DNA of 64,000 nucleotides, from positions 37,132-101,131 of the forward strand of contig NIVC01003375.1 in NCBI GenBank assembly GCA_002269645.1, written 5' to 3'. Position 1 is the first letter of the stretch, and every line of letters begins with the position of its first letter. The translations under genes were made by a program, and so were the position numbers. The stretch is from Macrostomum lignano (Eukaryota). Of this stretch, positions 47,716-60,900 are shown piece after piece. The notes under the pieces were generated by a model that was given only the letters and a program-made list of their open reading frames with translations, did not search any database and was not told the origin of the DNA.

Positions 47716-50700
47716 ATGAGTCAATCAAGAGTTCCACAGTGCTCACCAAGAAGAGTTGCTGAGCAAACCAGCGCTGAACCTGCATCATCCTCTGCTCAGG
47801 GTGACTTTGCTTCTGATGGTAAGCTTATGGTGTAATCTTTGTAACAGTAATGCCAATAAAGCTGGGGGCTATTGTTTTTTTTATTAGTGTTGATATACAC
47901 TGAAGTAGTCCAAGTACTTGGAAAAGCATAATTTAGTTAAACTGAATGGCTAATAAAAATTTAAAGTATATTTTGAAATTTTTATCAATCAAAGTCTAGT
48001 ATCCTAACCTGTTCGAAATTTTGAAATATCGTCATGTAGTCTCAAAGTTCTTGTCTAATAGACATCACTCAAAATGGTTTGGAATCTAACCAAGCTTACA
48101 TTTGTAGCTTTTTTGACTATAGGCATCAGCTACAAGACAGTAAAATGAGTTACAGTTGAAACATCTGTATAATTATTTTTTGACTGTGGGACAAATGGGT
48201 GCAATCGAATTAATGTTTCTACATGATGTTCTGCTTTTTTGTGCTAAAATTTACAGAAATATAGAAAATATATAGAAAAAAAACTTTGTGTATTCCGAGT
48301 CGGACTCTACTCTCTACCTTGGAGTAAAACTCATGCACCATTTTCCTCACACGAAATCTGTTCTAAACTAATTCTAGAAAGCGACCAAGAGACGCCCACA
48401 AGCGCTGCGATGCAAGAACAGCAGCAGAAGTTATCAGCTGGTGTTGGTGTTCGCTACATCACCGATGCTCTGGTGCTTCGGGTTGCCAGGCGGCAGGATC
48501 CGGTCACCGTGACCGCCGTTAACCTGTCTGGCAGGAGTGACGAGCGCAAGATTCGGGTGCGTTTTGGTTTTTTTATTCTGAGCAGCTACATGAACGGATA
48601 AGCTAACCTAGATAGATAGATCGATGGGCATGTAGATAGATAAGTCAACATGTAGACAGGTAGATAATAATACAGATAGATGGATTGGTAGGCAGACAGA
48701 CAGGAAGATAGATGAGAAGGAATGTAGATAGTTGTGTAGGCTTCTAGATAGATGGGTAGGCATGAAGATAGATGGGTAGGCATGCAGATAGATGGGTAGG
48801 CATGAAGATAGATGGGTAGGCATGCAGATAGATGGGTAGGCATGAAGATAGATGGGTAGGCATGCAGATAGATAGGTAGGCATGCAGATAGATAGGTAGG
48901 CATGCAGATAGATAGGTAGGCATGCAGATAGATAGGTAGGCATGCAGATAGATAGGTAGGCATGCAGATAGATAGGTAGGCATGCAGATGGATAGGTAGG
49001 CATGTAGAAGGATAAGTAGGCATGCAGATAGATGGGTAGGCATGCAGATAGATAGGTAGGCATGCAGATAGATAGGTAGGCATGCAGATAGATAGGTAGG
49101 CATGCAGATAGATAGGTAGGCATGCAGATAGATAGGTAGGCATGCAGATAGATAGGTAGGCATGCAGATGGATAGGTAGGCATGCAGAAGGATAAGTAGG
49201 CATGCAGATAGATGGGTAGGCATGCAGATAGATAGGTAGGCATGCAGATGGATATTTATCTACATGGGTAGGAATGTAAACAAGATGGATAGGCAGACAG
49301 ACAGTTAACCTACTAGGCATATGGATGGCTTGTATATACCCGCAGTTTATCGAGAATCTGGACAGGCTGAAAAATCTTCAATCGTTAAACCTGAGCTACA
49401 ACATCATTGAGAAGATGGAGCACCTGGAGAAGCTGACCCGTTTGCGCGAGTTGAACCTGTCTCACAATCGCATCGCTCGAATTGACTGTTTGGAATCGCT
49501 GACCCAGCTGCAGGTGCTGAACCTGTCGGGAAATCTGATTGGCAGCCTGCCAGCCGCTCTGGGACGCCGGCTCAAGTGCCTGCGGACTCTGCTGCTGAGC
49601 GACAACCAGATTGACTCTGTGAGTGCCGCTTCTGAACATTATTAGGATTTCAATTCAACTTGTGGAGCAATTTCTGAATTATGTTAGAGAATTTCGTCTC
49701 TATAAGATTCGGGCAGTTGTAGGTAAGAATTCCAGCTCCAGGCGCCAGTGCAAATTCATGATGCCATGATAAACGATGAAAGTATCTGAACCGCTCTCGA
49801 CTTGTCTTGAGGCTAAAATATGACCGACAATCATTTTTACTGATTGGAAACTATGCGCTTATTAGATGACGAGGCATTTGTCCTTGTAACTACAGCCATA
49901 TTACTCCTGCAGTTTACCCTAAACTAAAACTTGGCCCGCAGCTGTCCGAAACCGCCAAGCTGCGCCCGTTGGCCAACCTGGCCACCCTGAGCCTGGCTGG
50001 CAACCCCCTCAGCAGCTTGGAGCACAGCCGGCCCTACATCCTGTTTTGCCTGCCTGGCCTCGCCCAGCTCGACGGCCGCCCAGTGTCGCCGGCCGAACGT
50101 GCCGACGCCGACGCCAGGTTCCGGCAGGACGAGGCCGACCGGCTTCGGGCTCAACTAGAAGAGGCCGAGTTCTCAGCTGACGAGCTCCGAGCTCAGCTGC
50201 TCACCTACGAGGAGGAGGTTGGCGCGCTGAGCAAACAGGTCGACGCGGCTTTGGAGCAGCAAGCTGAGGGGGAGCAGGAGCGGGAGGAGCTGCTGCAGCA
50301 ACTGCGGCTCAAGGATGGCCTGGTGAGTTTTTATTGCAATTTAAGACCCGAGGGTAGCAGCGGCCTGTACTGTAGGACCCGAGGATAGCAGCGGCCCGCA
50401 CTGTAGGACCCAAGGATAGCAGCGGCCGGCACTGTAGGACCGGAGGGTAGCAGCGGCCAGCACTGTAGGAGCCAAGGATAGCAGCGGCTTGCACTTTAGG
50501 ACCCGAGGATAGCAGCGGCCTGCACTGTAGGACCCGAGGATAGCAGCGGCCCGCACTGTAGGACCCGAGGATAGCAGCGGCCCACACTGTAGGACCCGAG
50601 GATAGCAGCGGCCCGCACTGTAGGACCCGAGGATAGCAGCGGCCCGCACTGTAGAACCCGAGGGTAGCAGCGGCCCGCACTGTAGGACCCGAGGGTAGCA

Positions 50701-53700
50701 GCGGCCCGCACTGTAGAACCCGAGGTCCAAGCACGCCTGTCTGATGCAGATCTCTATGCACAAAGACTAATAATGATGAATAAAATCGCGATATCTGCAA
50801 ATCGCACGCTCGCACGACGGGCAAACGCAGTTTTAGCTTTGGCGTTATTGTTTAATAAAAATATTTTAACTCTTTATGTTTATTGTTTATTGTTTATCTT
50901 TATTTGCTTGAACTCCGCTTTGCCCATCCTGCAGATTATCAGTGCTTTTTGTGAAGACGGAACAGAAACCTGAATCTATTTGCAAAATAATTTTTCATTC
51001 ATAGTTTTGTTTTTCCCTCCCACCAGTCTTATTGAATTTCTTCTTGGTCTTCTGCTTCAGCTGCAAAAGAAGACAGAAGAATTGGCCAAGGCGTCTAGAA
51101 AGCATTACGAACTGGAGCAGGAGCTGGTCTTTTACAAGATGGACGAGAAATTCGGCGCCCTAGGAAAGCCGCCAGGGTCTTCGGTTGAATCGGTGAGTGC
51201 CTGGTGTGGCATTGCTGTGCCTGATGTGGCATTGCTGTGCCTGATGTGGCATTGCTGTGCCTGATGTGGCATTGCTGTGCCTTATGTGGCATTGATGTGC
51301 CTGATGTGGCATTGCTGTGCCTTATATGGCATTGCTGTGCCTTATGTGGCATTGCTGTGCCTTATGTGGCATTGCTGTGCCTGATGTGACATTGATGTGC
51401 CTGATGTGGCATTGCTGTGCCTGATGTGGCATTGCTGTGCCTGATGTGGCATTGCTGTGCCTGATGTGGCATTGCTGTGCCTGATGTGGCATTGCTGTGC
51501 CTGATGTGGCATTGCTGTGCCTGATGTGGCATTGCTGTGCCTTATGTGGCATTGCTGTGCCTGATGTGGCATTGCTGTGTCTGATGTGGCATTGCTGTGC
51601 CTGATGTGGCATTGCTGTGCCTGATGTGACATTGATGTGCCTGATGTGACATTGATGTGCCTGATGTGGCATTGCTGTGCCTGATGTGGCATTGCTGTGC
51701 CTGATGTGGCATTGATGTGCCTGATGTGACATTGATGTGCCTGGTGTGGCATTGCTGTGCCTGATGTGACATTGATGTGCCTGATGTGGCATTGCTGTGC
51801 CTGATGTGGCATTGCTGTGCCTTATGTGGCATTGCTGTGCCTGATGTGGCATTGCTGTGCCTGGTGTGGCATTGTTGTGCCTGATGTGGCACTGATGAGA
51901 CATGATGTGCTCGGTGTGGCACTGAAGGGCCTAATGCGACACTCTCTTATCCTCGCGCCATTCAGGACGACGCCGCAGAGACTGGAGCAGGCGCCACCGG
52001 CGAGAGCCCCTACGTAGGCAAGGCGCGGTACATCGCTGCGGCGGCGGCTGCTGCTGCAACAGTGGCGTTCGTGCGGTTCAGCCCGCCCCGACTGGCGGCC
52101 AGCCAGCACGAGCTGTCGACACCCGCCGGACTGGGCGGCGACGAACTGCTGCAGCCGGCGCGCAGTCCGCTGGCTGCCTCGCCGCAGCTCCTGGACTATC
52201 GGCAGCGAGTGCTGGGCGCGCTGGACCGCCGGCTGGCTCAGCGTCGGGACCAGCTGGACCGGGCCGACGCCACCCTGGCGGTGCTGCGCTAGGACGCGGC
52301 GGCGGCGGAGGCCCGGCTGAGGGCAGCCCGGCAGGCCGAGGCGGAGGCGGCCGGCTCGCAGCGGCAGTTGCGCGCACAGCTGGACGCGTCGGAGCGGCAG
52401 TGCCGCCGCCTCGGCGAGGAGCTGGCCAGGGAGCGGGCGCAGTCAACTGAGGACAAGCGGCTGGCGCTCACCGGCCAGGAGATCCGTCAGCTGGGCAGGT
52501 GGGTGGCTGATGCTTGGGTAGATTGACGGGCTGGTGAGTGATTGATGCGTTTATGGGTGAGATGGGTTGATTGATTGATTGGTTGATAGGTTGATGGGTT
52601 GATGATTGATCCATGGGTTGGTTGATTGGTTGATGATTGATCCATGGGTTGATTGATTGATTGATAGGTTGATGGGTTGATGATTGATCCATGGGTTGAT
52701 TGATTGATTGATAGGTTGTTGGGTCGATGATTGATCCATGGGTTGATTGATTGATTGATAGGTTGATGGGTTGATGATTGATCCATGGGTTGGTTGATTG
52801 ATTGATAGGTTGATGGGTTGATGATTGATCCATGGGTTGGTTGATTGATAGGTTGATGGGTTGATGATTGATCCATGGGTTGATTGATTGATTGATAGGT
52901 TGATGGGTTGATGATTGATCCTTGGGTTGATTGATTGATTGATAGGTTGATAGGTTGATGATTGAGACAGATAAGATGCATACACAGGTGGATGGATGAA
53001 CAGGTGTTTCAAATTGAAATCCAGCAGTTCCCAATGATGTTTTATTAATAACAACGATAAAAGTATCCGATTATTCATGATAGCCATTGATTTATGTTTC
53101 TGAATTAACTTACCGCTAGATTTGCATTTGATTTCACTTGTTGCTATGCCAGGCTGAGCTGTAGGTTGCCCCCCCCCCATTCCATGCTCTCCAGGCAGCT
53201 TGAGCAGCGCCAGAACGAGTGCGCCAGCCTTCGCCGCGCTCTCGCCGACGAATCGGCCAGCCGGGCCGCGGCCGAGCAGCGGGCGGCTCAGCTGGAATCG
53301 GCGGCGGCGGCTGAGGCGCCTGCGGCTGCCGCTGATGCCGCGGCCGAGATTGACAGGCGGCTGCGGGACTGGCTGGCTGAGGGCGGAGACTCAGCAGCCG
53401 AAGGCGATGGCGACGTTCGTGACGAGGCTGCGGTGAGTTCGACTTGATCTTTAGACTGGAGAACTTTGCTTTCTTTTCGAATTTCTCTGTAGTCTCTCCT
53501 TTTCTGCCGCAACTGCCCGAACTGCTGTGTCCCTAGTAGCTGGCATCAGCTCTCACTCTGGTATGGAATATATAATATATTTCAATGCATGTCTATAGTA
53601 GCTAGTATGCTACACTTCATGTTCCCTCTCCTCTCTCATCCGCTCCTCTTTCACCCAATCCCATCTCACCCACTCCTCTCACCCACTTCTGGTGACAGAT

Positions 53701-54737
53701 AGATTAGTGACGGACGGCACTTCCATCTCACCCACTTCCATCTCACCCACTCCCATCTCACACACTCCCATCTCACACACTCCCATCTCACTCACTCCCA
53801 TCTCAACCACTCCCATCTCACCCACTCCCATCTCATCCACTCCCATCTCACTCACTCCCATCTCAACCACTCCCATCTCACCCACTCCCATCTCACCCAC
53901 TCCCATCTCATCCACTCCCATCTCACCCACTCCCATCTCACTCACTCCCATCTCACCCACTCCCATCTCACTCACTCCCATCTCACCCACTCCCATCTCA
54001 CCCACTCCCCTTCCATTGTCTTTGGGAAGCCTCTCCCATCTGTTTTGCTATCGAGTGCGTTTGCTAATTCAGCAGTTTTTTTTATTTACAGGCATTTTGC
54101 AAGAGAAGTGAATCCTTTGCGCCAAAAAGCCTATATTCGAGCTGTAATTCATTATGAATCCTATTCGTAGAAAATGTAGCCAATTAAACTATGCAGCACC
54201 TTCATGAATTATTCACGCCTGTAGCTAATTGTCAACTAGATTGCTTGCTAATTCTACCAACAGCTGCACGCCATATTTAAAACCCTGCTTGTCCGCTTGC
54301 TTCAGACCGCTCCTAGCAGCGCATTTGGCAACGACAGCTTGGGCCAAGCTCTCAACCGTCTGCGCAGAGCCGTGCGGAACAGCGCCATGAGGACTGCCGC
54401 GGCCACCCCTGTGACACCCGTGACTCCCCTCATTGCCGGGGTGAGACCTGCTGCCGGGGTCTTTTCGGGTCAAATTCACTTCGATCATGCAGATGCGCAC
54501 ACATGTATCGGGCCTGTGTTCCAGAGACTGCTGGCCGAGTCCGAGGATACGGACGTCCTGTCCGCCCTGCCTTCGTCTGCCTCGGCCGCCGCTAATGCTG
54601 CCAGCTTCGACGTCTACGAGCGGAGAAGATTCGACAGGAGAGGACGGGACGGAGCGTCCGGCGACGAGGAGGGGCCGGACGACTCTGGACAGGGCGACTC
54701 GCTGCTCAACCTGGTGGGTGGACAGGTCTTGATAGAC

Positions 54738-54782
<45 letters not shown>

Positions 54783-54933
54783 GGCTGACAGGCGGACAGA
54801 CAGACGGACATCTTGACAGGCAGACAGACACTAAGACAGACAGACAGACACTAAGACAGACATCTAGACAGGCAGACGGACACTAAGACAGACATCCTGA
54901 CAGGCAGACAGACAGACAGGCAGACAGGCAGTC

Positions 54934-54978
<45 letters not shown>

Positions 54979-57900
54979 CTAAGACAGACAGACAGACATC
55001 CTGACAGACAGACAGACAGACAGACATCTTGACAGGCAGACAGACAGACAGACATCCTGACAGGCAGACAGACAGACACTAAGACACCCTGGCAGGCAGA
55101 CAGACAGACACTAAGACACCCTGGCAGGCAGACAGACAGACACTAAGACACCCTGGCAGGCAGACAGACAGACACTAAGACATCCTGACAGGCAGACAGA
55201 CAGACACTAAGACACCCTGGCAGGCAGACAGACAGACACTAAGACATCCTGACAGGCAGACAGACAGACACTAAGACATCCTGACAGGCAGACACTAAGA
55301 CATCCTGACAGGCAGACACTAAGACACTAAGACATCCTGACAGGCAGACAGACAGACACTAAGACATCCTGACAGGTAGACAGACAGACACTAAGACACC
55401 CTGGCAGGCAGACAGACAGACACTAAGACATCCTGACAGGCAGACAGGCAGACCAAACACTTGTCACGAAATCTAACTTGCTAAATTGATAAATTCCAGT
55501 GCCAGTACAGTTAGGCTTCATCATTTCCTAATTGCTTTCACAGTCTACTTCTAGCGCACGCACCCCACTATTTGCAATTCATCAACTTGTGCGCATGTCA
55601 TTATTTTTGTTATTGTCGCCTCGCAAACGCCTCTCTGAGTGATGCTGGATCAGTCTTAGGATAGGTAAAAGAAGAAGCTTTATCATCAGTATTATTCTCT
55701 CTTGCTAAGAGAGCAGCCGTGCTCAGAAAGATAGATTTGCGCCTGAGATGGCTATCTTGTGAAATAACACTAATTAGTTGCGTATTTAGTCAAACATATA
55801 CCTGCTAGGGACCGGGGCTGTTTGTGCATTCCAATATTCTGAGCAAGTTCATCACAGTTATATTGTAGTAGCTCAGCCTCTTTGTAGGTTTTATTCTGTT
55901 TAGACAAGAATTTTCAAATGCTCTCTCCGTTGACCCTTGGTGCCTGCAGTCTGCCCTGGCTGCCCTGCTCTTGCCATCTCTGCGGCAGGTGTGCGCCAGA
56001 CTGTGCGCAGCTTAGCAATTCAAATGCAGCAAATTGGATGGGGGAGAGAGGCTGGTTAGAGTCTGAGATGGGGGAGAGGAGGGTTGGGGGACTGGAGGGG
56101 CAGCGTTATTCGAAATCTTGGTATTCATTCCGCTGCGAATCTCTGTGCTTGTGTGTGTAACCAGCCCCTGTCATTCAGTGTGTTCTGCCCCGCTGTCAGG
56201 CATAAATACTCGGGGCAATGCAAACATAATTCCTATTAGTAAGCAAGACTTGTGCGCGTGTGTGCATGCAAGAGTAATAAATACAAAGCATTGAGCAGTC
56301 AAATATTGTTGTCTTCATCATCAAATTTGGCTGAATCTGAGAACCCTTCCTATTCACATAGGCAGGAGAATCGCCTCTTAGAGTTCGCCAGCCGAGGCTG
56401 AGCAGCGCTGAGCAGCTACGATTTGCTGGCGAACTGTCAGACGAAGATATCGATACTGACCTGACAGGCCAGGCTCCTAATTGGCAAAGCCAGCGGTTGC
56501 CTTGGCAACAGGAAGCCTATCCTGAGAAGCAACAGCGGTCGTCTGAGGATTTGAGACCCGTCAGACGTGCGGTGAGTCATTAATGAGAAATTTGCTGGAA
56601 TCTGACATTACCTGCTTGTGAGAATGAACAGGTGCAAGTATTGCACTGTGATTGACAGCTTGTTGCTGTGCATAGAAAATTCCGTTTTGTTACGGCTCAA
56701 ATCTTTTTCTGTAGCTGTCAGTTGCAAGGCCTCGGTGGGTCATGCTGAGCTGCTTCTGTTACTGTTTCTGTCTCCCTCGAGGTTGCCCGTCATTCTACCT
56801 GTCTGCCCCTCATCTGTGTGCCCTTCAACCTGTCTGTCTGTCCTTCATTCTGTCTGCTTCCCATTCTTTCTGTCTGCCTCTCATTCTGTCTGCCCTCCGT
56901 TCTATCTGTCTGACCCTAATTCTATCTGTCTGCCTTCCATTCTATCTGTCTTCCCGCATTCTATCTGTCTGCCCCTCATTCTACCTGTATTTTCACCTGT
57001 CCCTGTTTACAATCAATACTGACACCTCCCAATGCCACAGCTGAGAAATCCCGAATCACGTTCGCGCCAAATTTTAAGCCGCTCTCAGCGCGATCTCAAC
57101 AGAATCCGTCACATTAATTGGCCGCTATTCAATTCCAATCACGGAAGGCTGGCGGAGTTGCAAAAATTCGCAGCCCTAAAGGTGCTAAATTAACACGGCG
57201 TCACCTAAGCTGCGATTGTAAAAGCAAAGACCCCAAGTGGACCACTTCTCCTAGAAGAAGAGCTGCTGGTGAGGGGCAGGAGAGTGAGGCGTATTGTATT
57301 TTAAAGAAGCCAAATGGAAGCCAGCTCCATCCTAGCTGGTAGTGCATTGGCAACCAACCAACTCAATGAGCTGCAACAATGGATGAGAAATCTTGCCCAG
57401 ATCCCCCGTTCCTCTAACTGCCAATCTTCGTCTCCCCCCCCCACTCTCTCCCTCCCTCCCTCCTCCCTTATTGAGCTCCCGCCCCCGTCATTGTATATAT
57501 CAGAGCGGCCATTGTTCAGATTCAATATTGCATAGTGAATAAATACGCATATTTTCCAGGCCAGCGGAGCAACAGCTGCCAGGCAGCCAGAGGCGAACGC
57601 AAAGCAGCGCGGGAAATTGTTGAAAAAGCAGCAGCGGCCATCGGAGCAAATCCGTCTGCCAACGGAGGCCGAGCTGATTCTGAGGCAGCGGCAGCGGCAG
57701 ATTCAGCAGCGCCAGGCCAGGCATCCCGACATGCTGGCAGTTCGACAGTCGCGAGGCGGCGATGACCACCAGCTGGACGAAGCTGGAGACTCTGCGGCGG
57801 CGGATGCTCAGTACGAAGACGACTTCGACGAGAACGCCGAGGATGTTTACGAAGCCGCCGACTCCGCTGCTGCCAGTGCTGGTCGCGGCGGCGGGCATCG

Positions 57901-60900
57901 GCGGCAGCAGCAGCGGGTGTCGATCATCACGCAGACCCGGCCGGTGAATCCCTGGAGCTCCGATTACGACGACGACGATGACGACAAGGACAGTCAAGCA
58001 GAGCAGGACAGCCGCAGGCGGCAGCAGGCGCCGCCGTTGGCGTCCTCGTCGTTTTCAAAGTCGGCGCCGATGCCGAGACGGCCGACAAGCCTGCCGCCGC
58101 CGGGACCTTCGGCCAGTGCTGGCCGCTCTGCTCGGCACTCGCAGCAGCAACAGCAGCAGCAGCAGCACAGGCAGCCGCGGCCGCCTAAGCGAAGCCTCTA
58201 CGAGCCGATGTCCAGCGGCGAGGAGGGCGTCTTTGACGGCATCAATCGTCAGCTGACGTCGTTGAAAAAGTCGCTGAGCGACGACTTGAGACATTCGCGC
58301 CGATTGGAGGCGGCTAACGCGAGAATACAGCAGCTGGAGGCCGACCTGCGGCGGAGGGATTTGCAGGTAAGGCTGGCCGGATTAGCGATTGGAATTCGGA
58401 TCTGATTGGTGACTATCGATTCTAATATCGGTTGGATTAACTATGGAGATTAACAAATCGAATGTCAGTCGGATTAGCGATGAAAGTTAACGATTCGAAT
58501 ATAAATTGGATTAATTAGCGATTATGATTAAAGATTTGAACATTAATTTCATTAACGAATGGATTAACGATTCGAGTATCGATTTGATTAACAATAACAT
58601 TTACAAATCAAATATCAATTGGATTAGCTTTAGGGATTAGTGATGATTCGAATATCGATTATATTGGTAAGTTTAATATCATATCAACAATGTAATGCTA
58701 TTCTGTTAGCTAAAGGGTTTTTTGCAATTCGAATACTAATGGGATTAGCGATTTCTAAACCTCAGTAAGTTTTGATATAACTGTTAGTACACAATGCACT
58801 TTTTTATTTACCCAGGCGCAGCGCAGCGAACTCGAGCGAGCCCGCGAGCAGGACAGAAGCGCCTGGGAGAAGGAGATGATGTCCACCGTGTTCGAGCTCA
58901 AGCGAGCCCAAGAAACCATCGACGATCTCACCGAGCGGCTCCGCGATCGCGAGCTAACCGACGCGTCAGCCACCAGGCAGCAGTCGACTCAAGCTCAGTC
59001 TGAGTCTATGGAGCTCAACCGTGTCCTTGATGCTCAGCGAGCCGAGATCATCAGGCTCAACGACCTGCTCGACCGTCTGGTTGGAGTCCGAGGCTCGGCC
59101 GACTCCGCCCAATCTGTGCCGGACTTCGCCCAGGTGCAGCGGGACGTGTTCGCCTTGAGGCACAACTTTGCCAGGGCCACCGCGCCCTACTCTCACCTGC
59201 TGGACCCTCAGCAGCAGCAGCAGCAAGCTATGCTGTCGCCAAAGCATCGATGGAGCGTCCCGAATCTCCATAACATGGCTGCTGGAGCTCCGCCAGATCT
59301 GCATGTGAGTCTACCGATATGTAGCGCAAGTAAATTTATTTAGGAGGCTAATTGCGTGCAGATCTCTCCGATATGTAGCGCAAATAACTTTATTTAGGGG
59401 GCTAAGCACATGCGGATCGCTCCGATATGTAGCGTAAATAACTTTATTTAGGAGGCTAATCACATGCGGATCGCTCCGATATGTAGCGTAAATAACTTTA
59501 GTGCCAAATGAATATACGAATTTAGTAATAAATTTATTAATGGGCTTACGCATTCAAATGATGAAAAAGATTAATAATCACTAACAGAAACAATCAAAAA
59601 CGAAAAGCTTTATATATGCTGCTTCAAACTGTCAGTAGTATGTAATACAAACTTTAATGTTTCAGTAGAAGAATGCAATAAGAGCGGAGTAACTGCACTG
59701 CCTGAAGCCTGCACTGCATCAAACTCCGGAGCATTAACCTCTAGGTCTTCGTGCGGTTGTTTTTCTATTTTTATTCGACCATTCATTAAGTCTTTGAGCT
59801 CCGTAGCCTTCCTGCCTGCCTGCCCTGCCCACCCGCCCTTCCTCGCCGCCACTCTCTGAATGAAAGGAGGCTGCAGCAATTCACGCATAATAGAAAAATG
59901 TAGACAGAGCGAGAGAGAGACAGAAATATTGAGACAGAGCTGTACTGGACTCTTTCTATCTCAACTTGATTGTGTAGCAGATTGCGCTGGGACTCTGCTG
60001 TGGAAGAGACCTGAGCCTCTATTTAGATACCGCATCTGTTTGCTGAGCAAGCAGCTCGCCAGCTCTCGAGGAAGATGAGTTCCAAGCAGCAGAAACTTTG
60101 ATTTCTTTTTCCAATCAAACAGCCGAGCGTCAGCAACCCGGCATTCGGCATGGACCCGGCGATGTCTGCTTCTGCGCAGAGTCTGCAACAGCAGCAGCAA
60201 CAGCAGCAGCAGGGTCTGTTCTGCAACGTGCCCGAGCACCACGACCTGGAGGACTACCTGCACAGCCTGCAGGACCGAGTCGCTTCTCTCCGACGTCGCC
60301 TTCGGGAACGTCGCCGCGCCGACAACGCCGAGGCGAAGGCTGAGCTGCAACGGCTTGAAGAGGCCACCCGGGACAAGCGGACCCGGCTGCAGGACTGCCG
60401 CGACGAGCTGGACCTGCGCCGGCGCGCCCTGGAGGAGGTTCGGGCGGAGACTGCGGCGGCTGAGCGGCAGCGAGATACTGCTCAGGACCAGCTGGCTCAG
60501 GCTGAGGCTCGCCTGGCCGCCATGGCTGCTCAGCGGTGAGCGATGGGGCAATGGGTGTGATGGAATGGCTTGGGGTTCTTTAATAGGCGCCAAACCCTGA
60601 CTTGCTGGCACTAAATCTGTTTTCAGCTGGCGCCAGATCTGATGTCAGGTGGTGCCAGATCTGATGTCAGGTGGCGCCAGATCTGATGTCAGGTGGTGCC
60701 AGATCTGATGTCAGGTGGCTCCAGATCTGATATCAGCTGGAGCCACATCTGTTGTCAGCTGGCGCCAGATCTGTTGTCAGCTGGAGTCAGATCTGATGTC
60801 AGCTGGAGTCAGATCTGTTGTCAGCTGGAGTCAGATCTGTTGTCAGCTGGCGCCAGATCTGTTGTCAGCTGGAGCCAGATCTGTTGTCAGCTGGAGCCAG

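Noticed and set aside
48586-53034. Minus-strand ORFs of 150-240 aa in centriolin introns
   Set aside because: Minisatellite translations.
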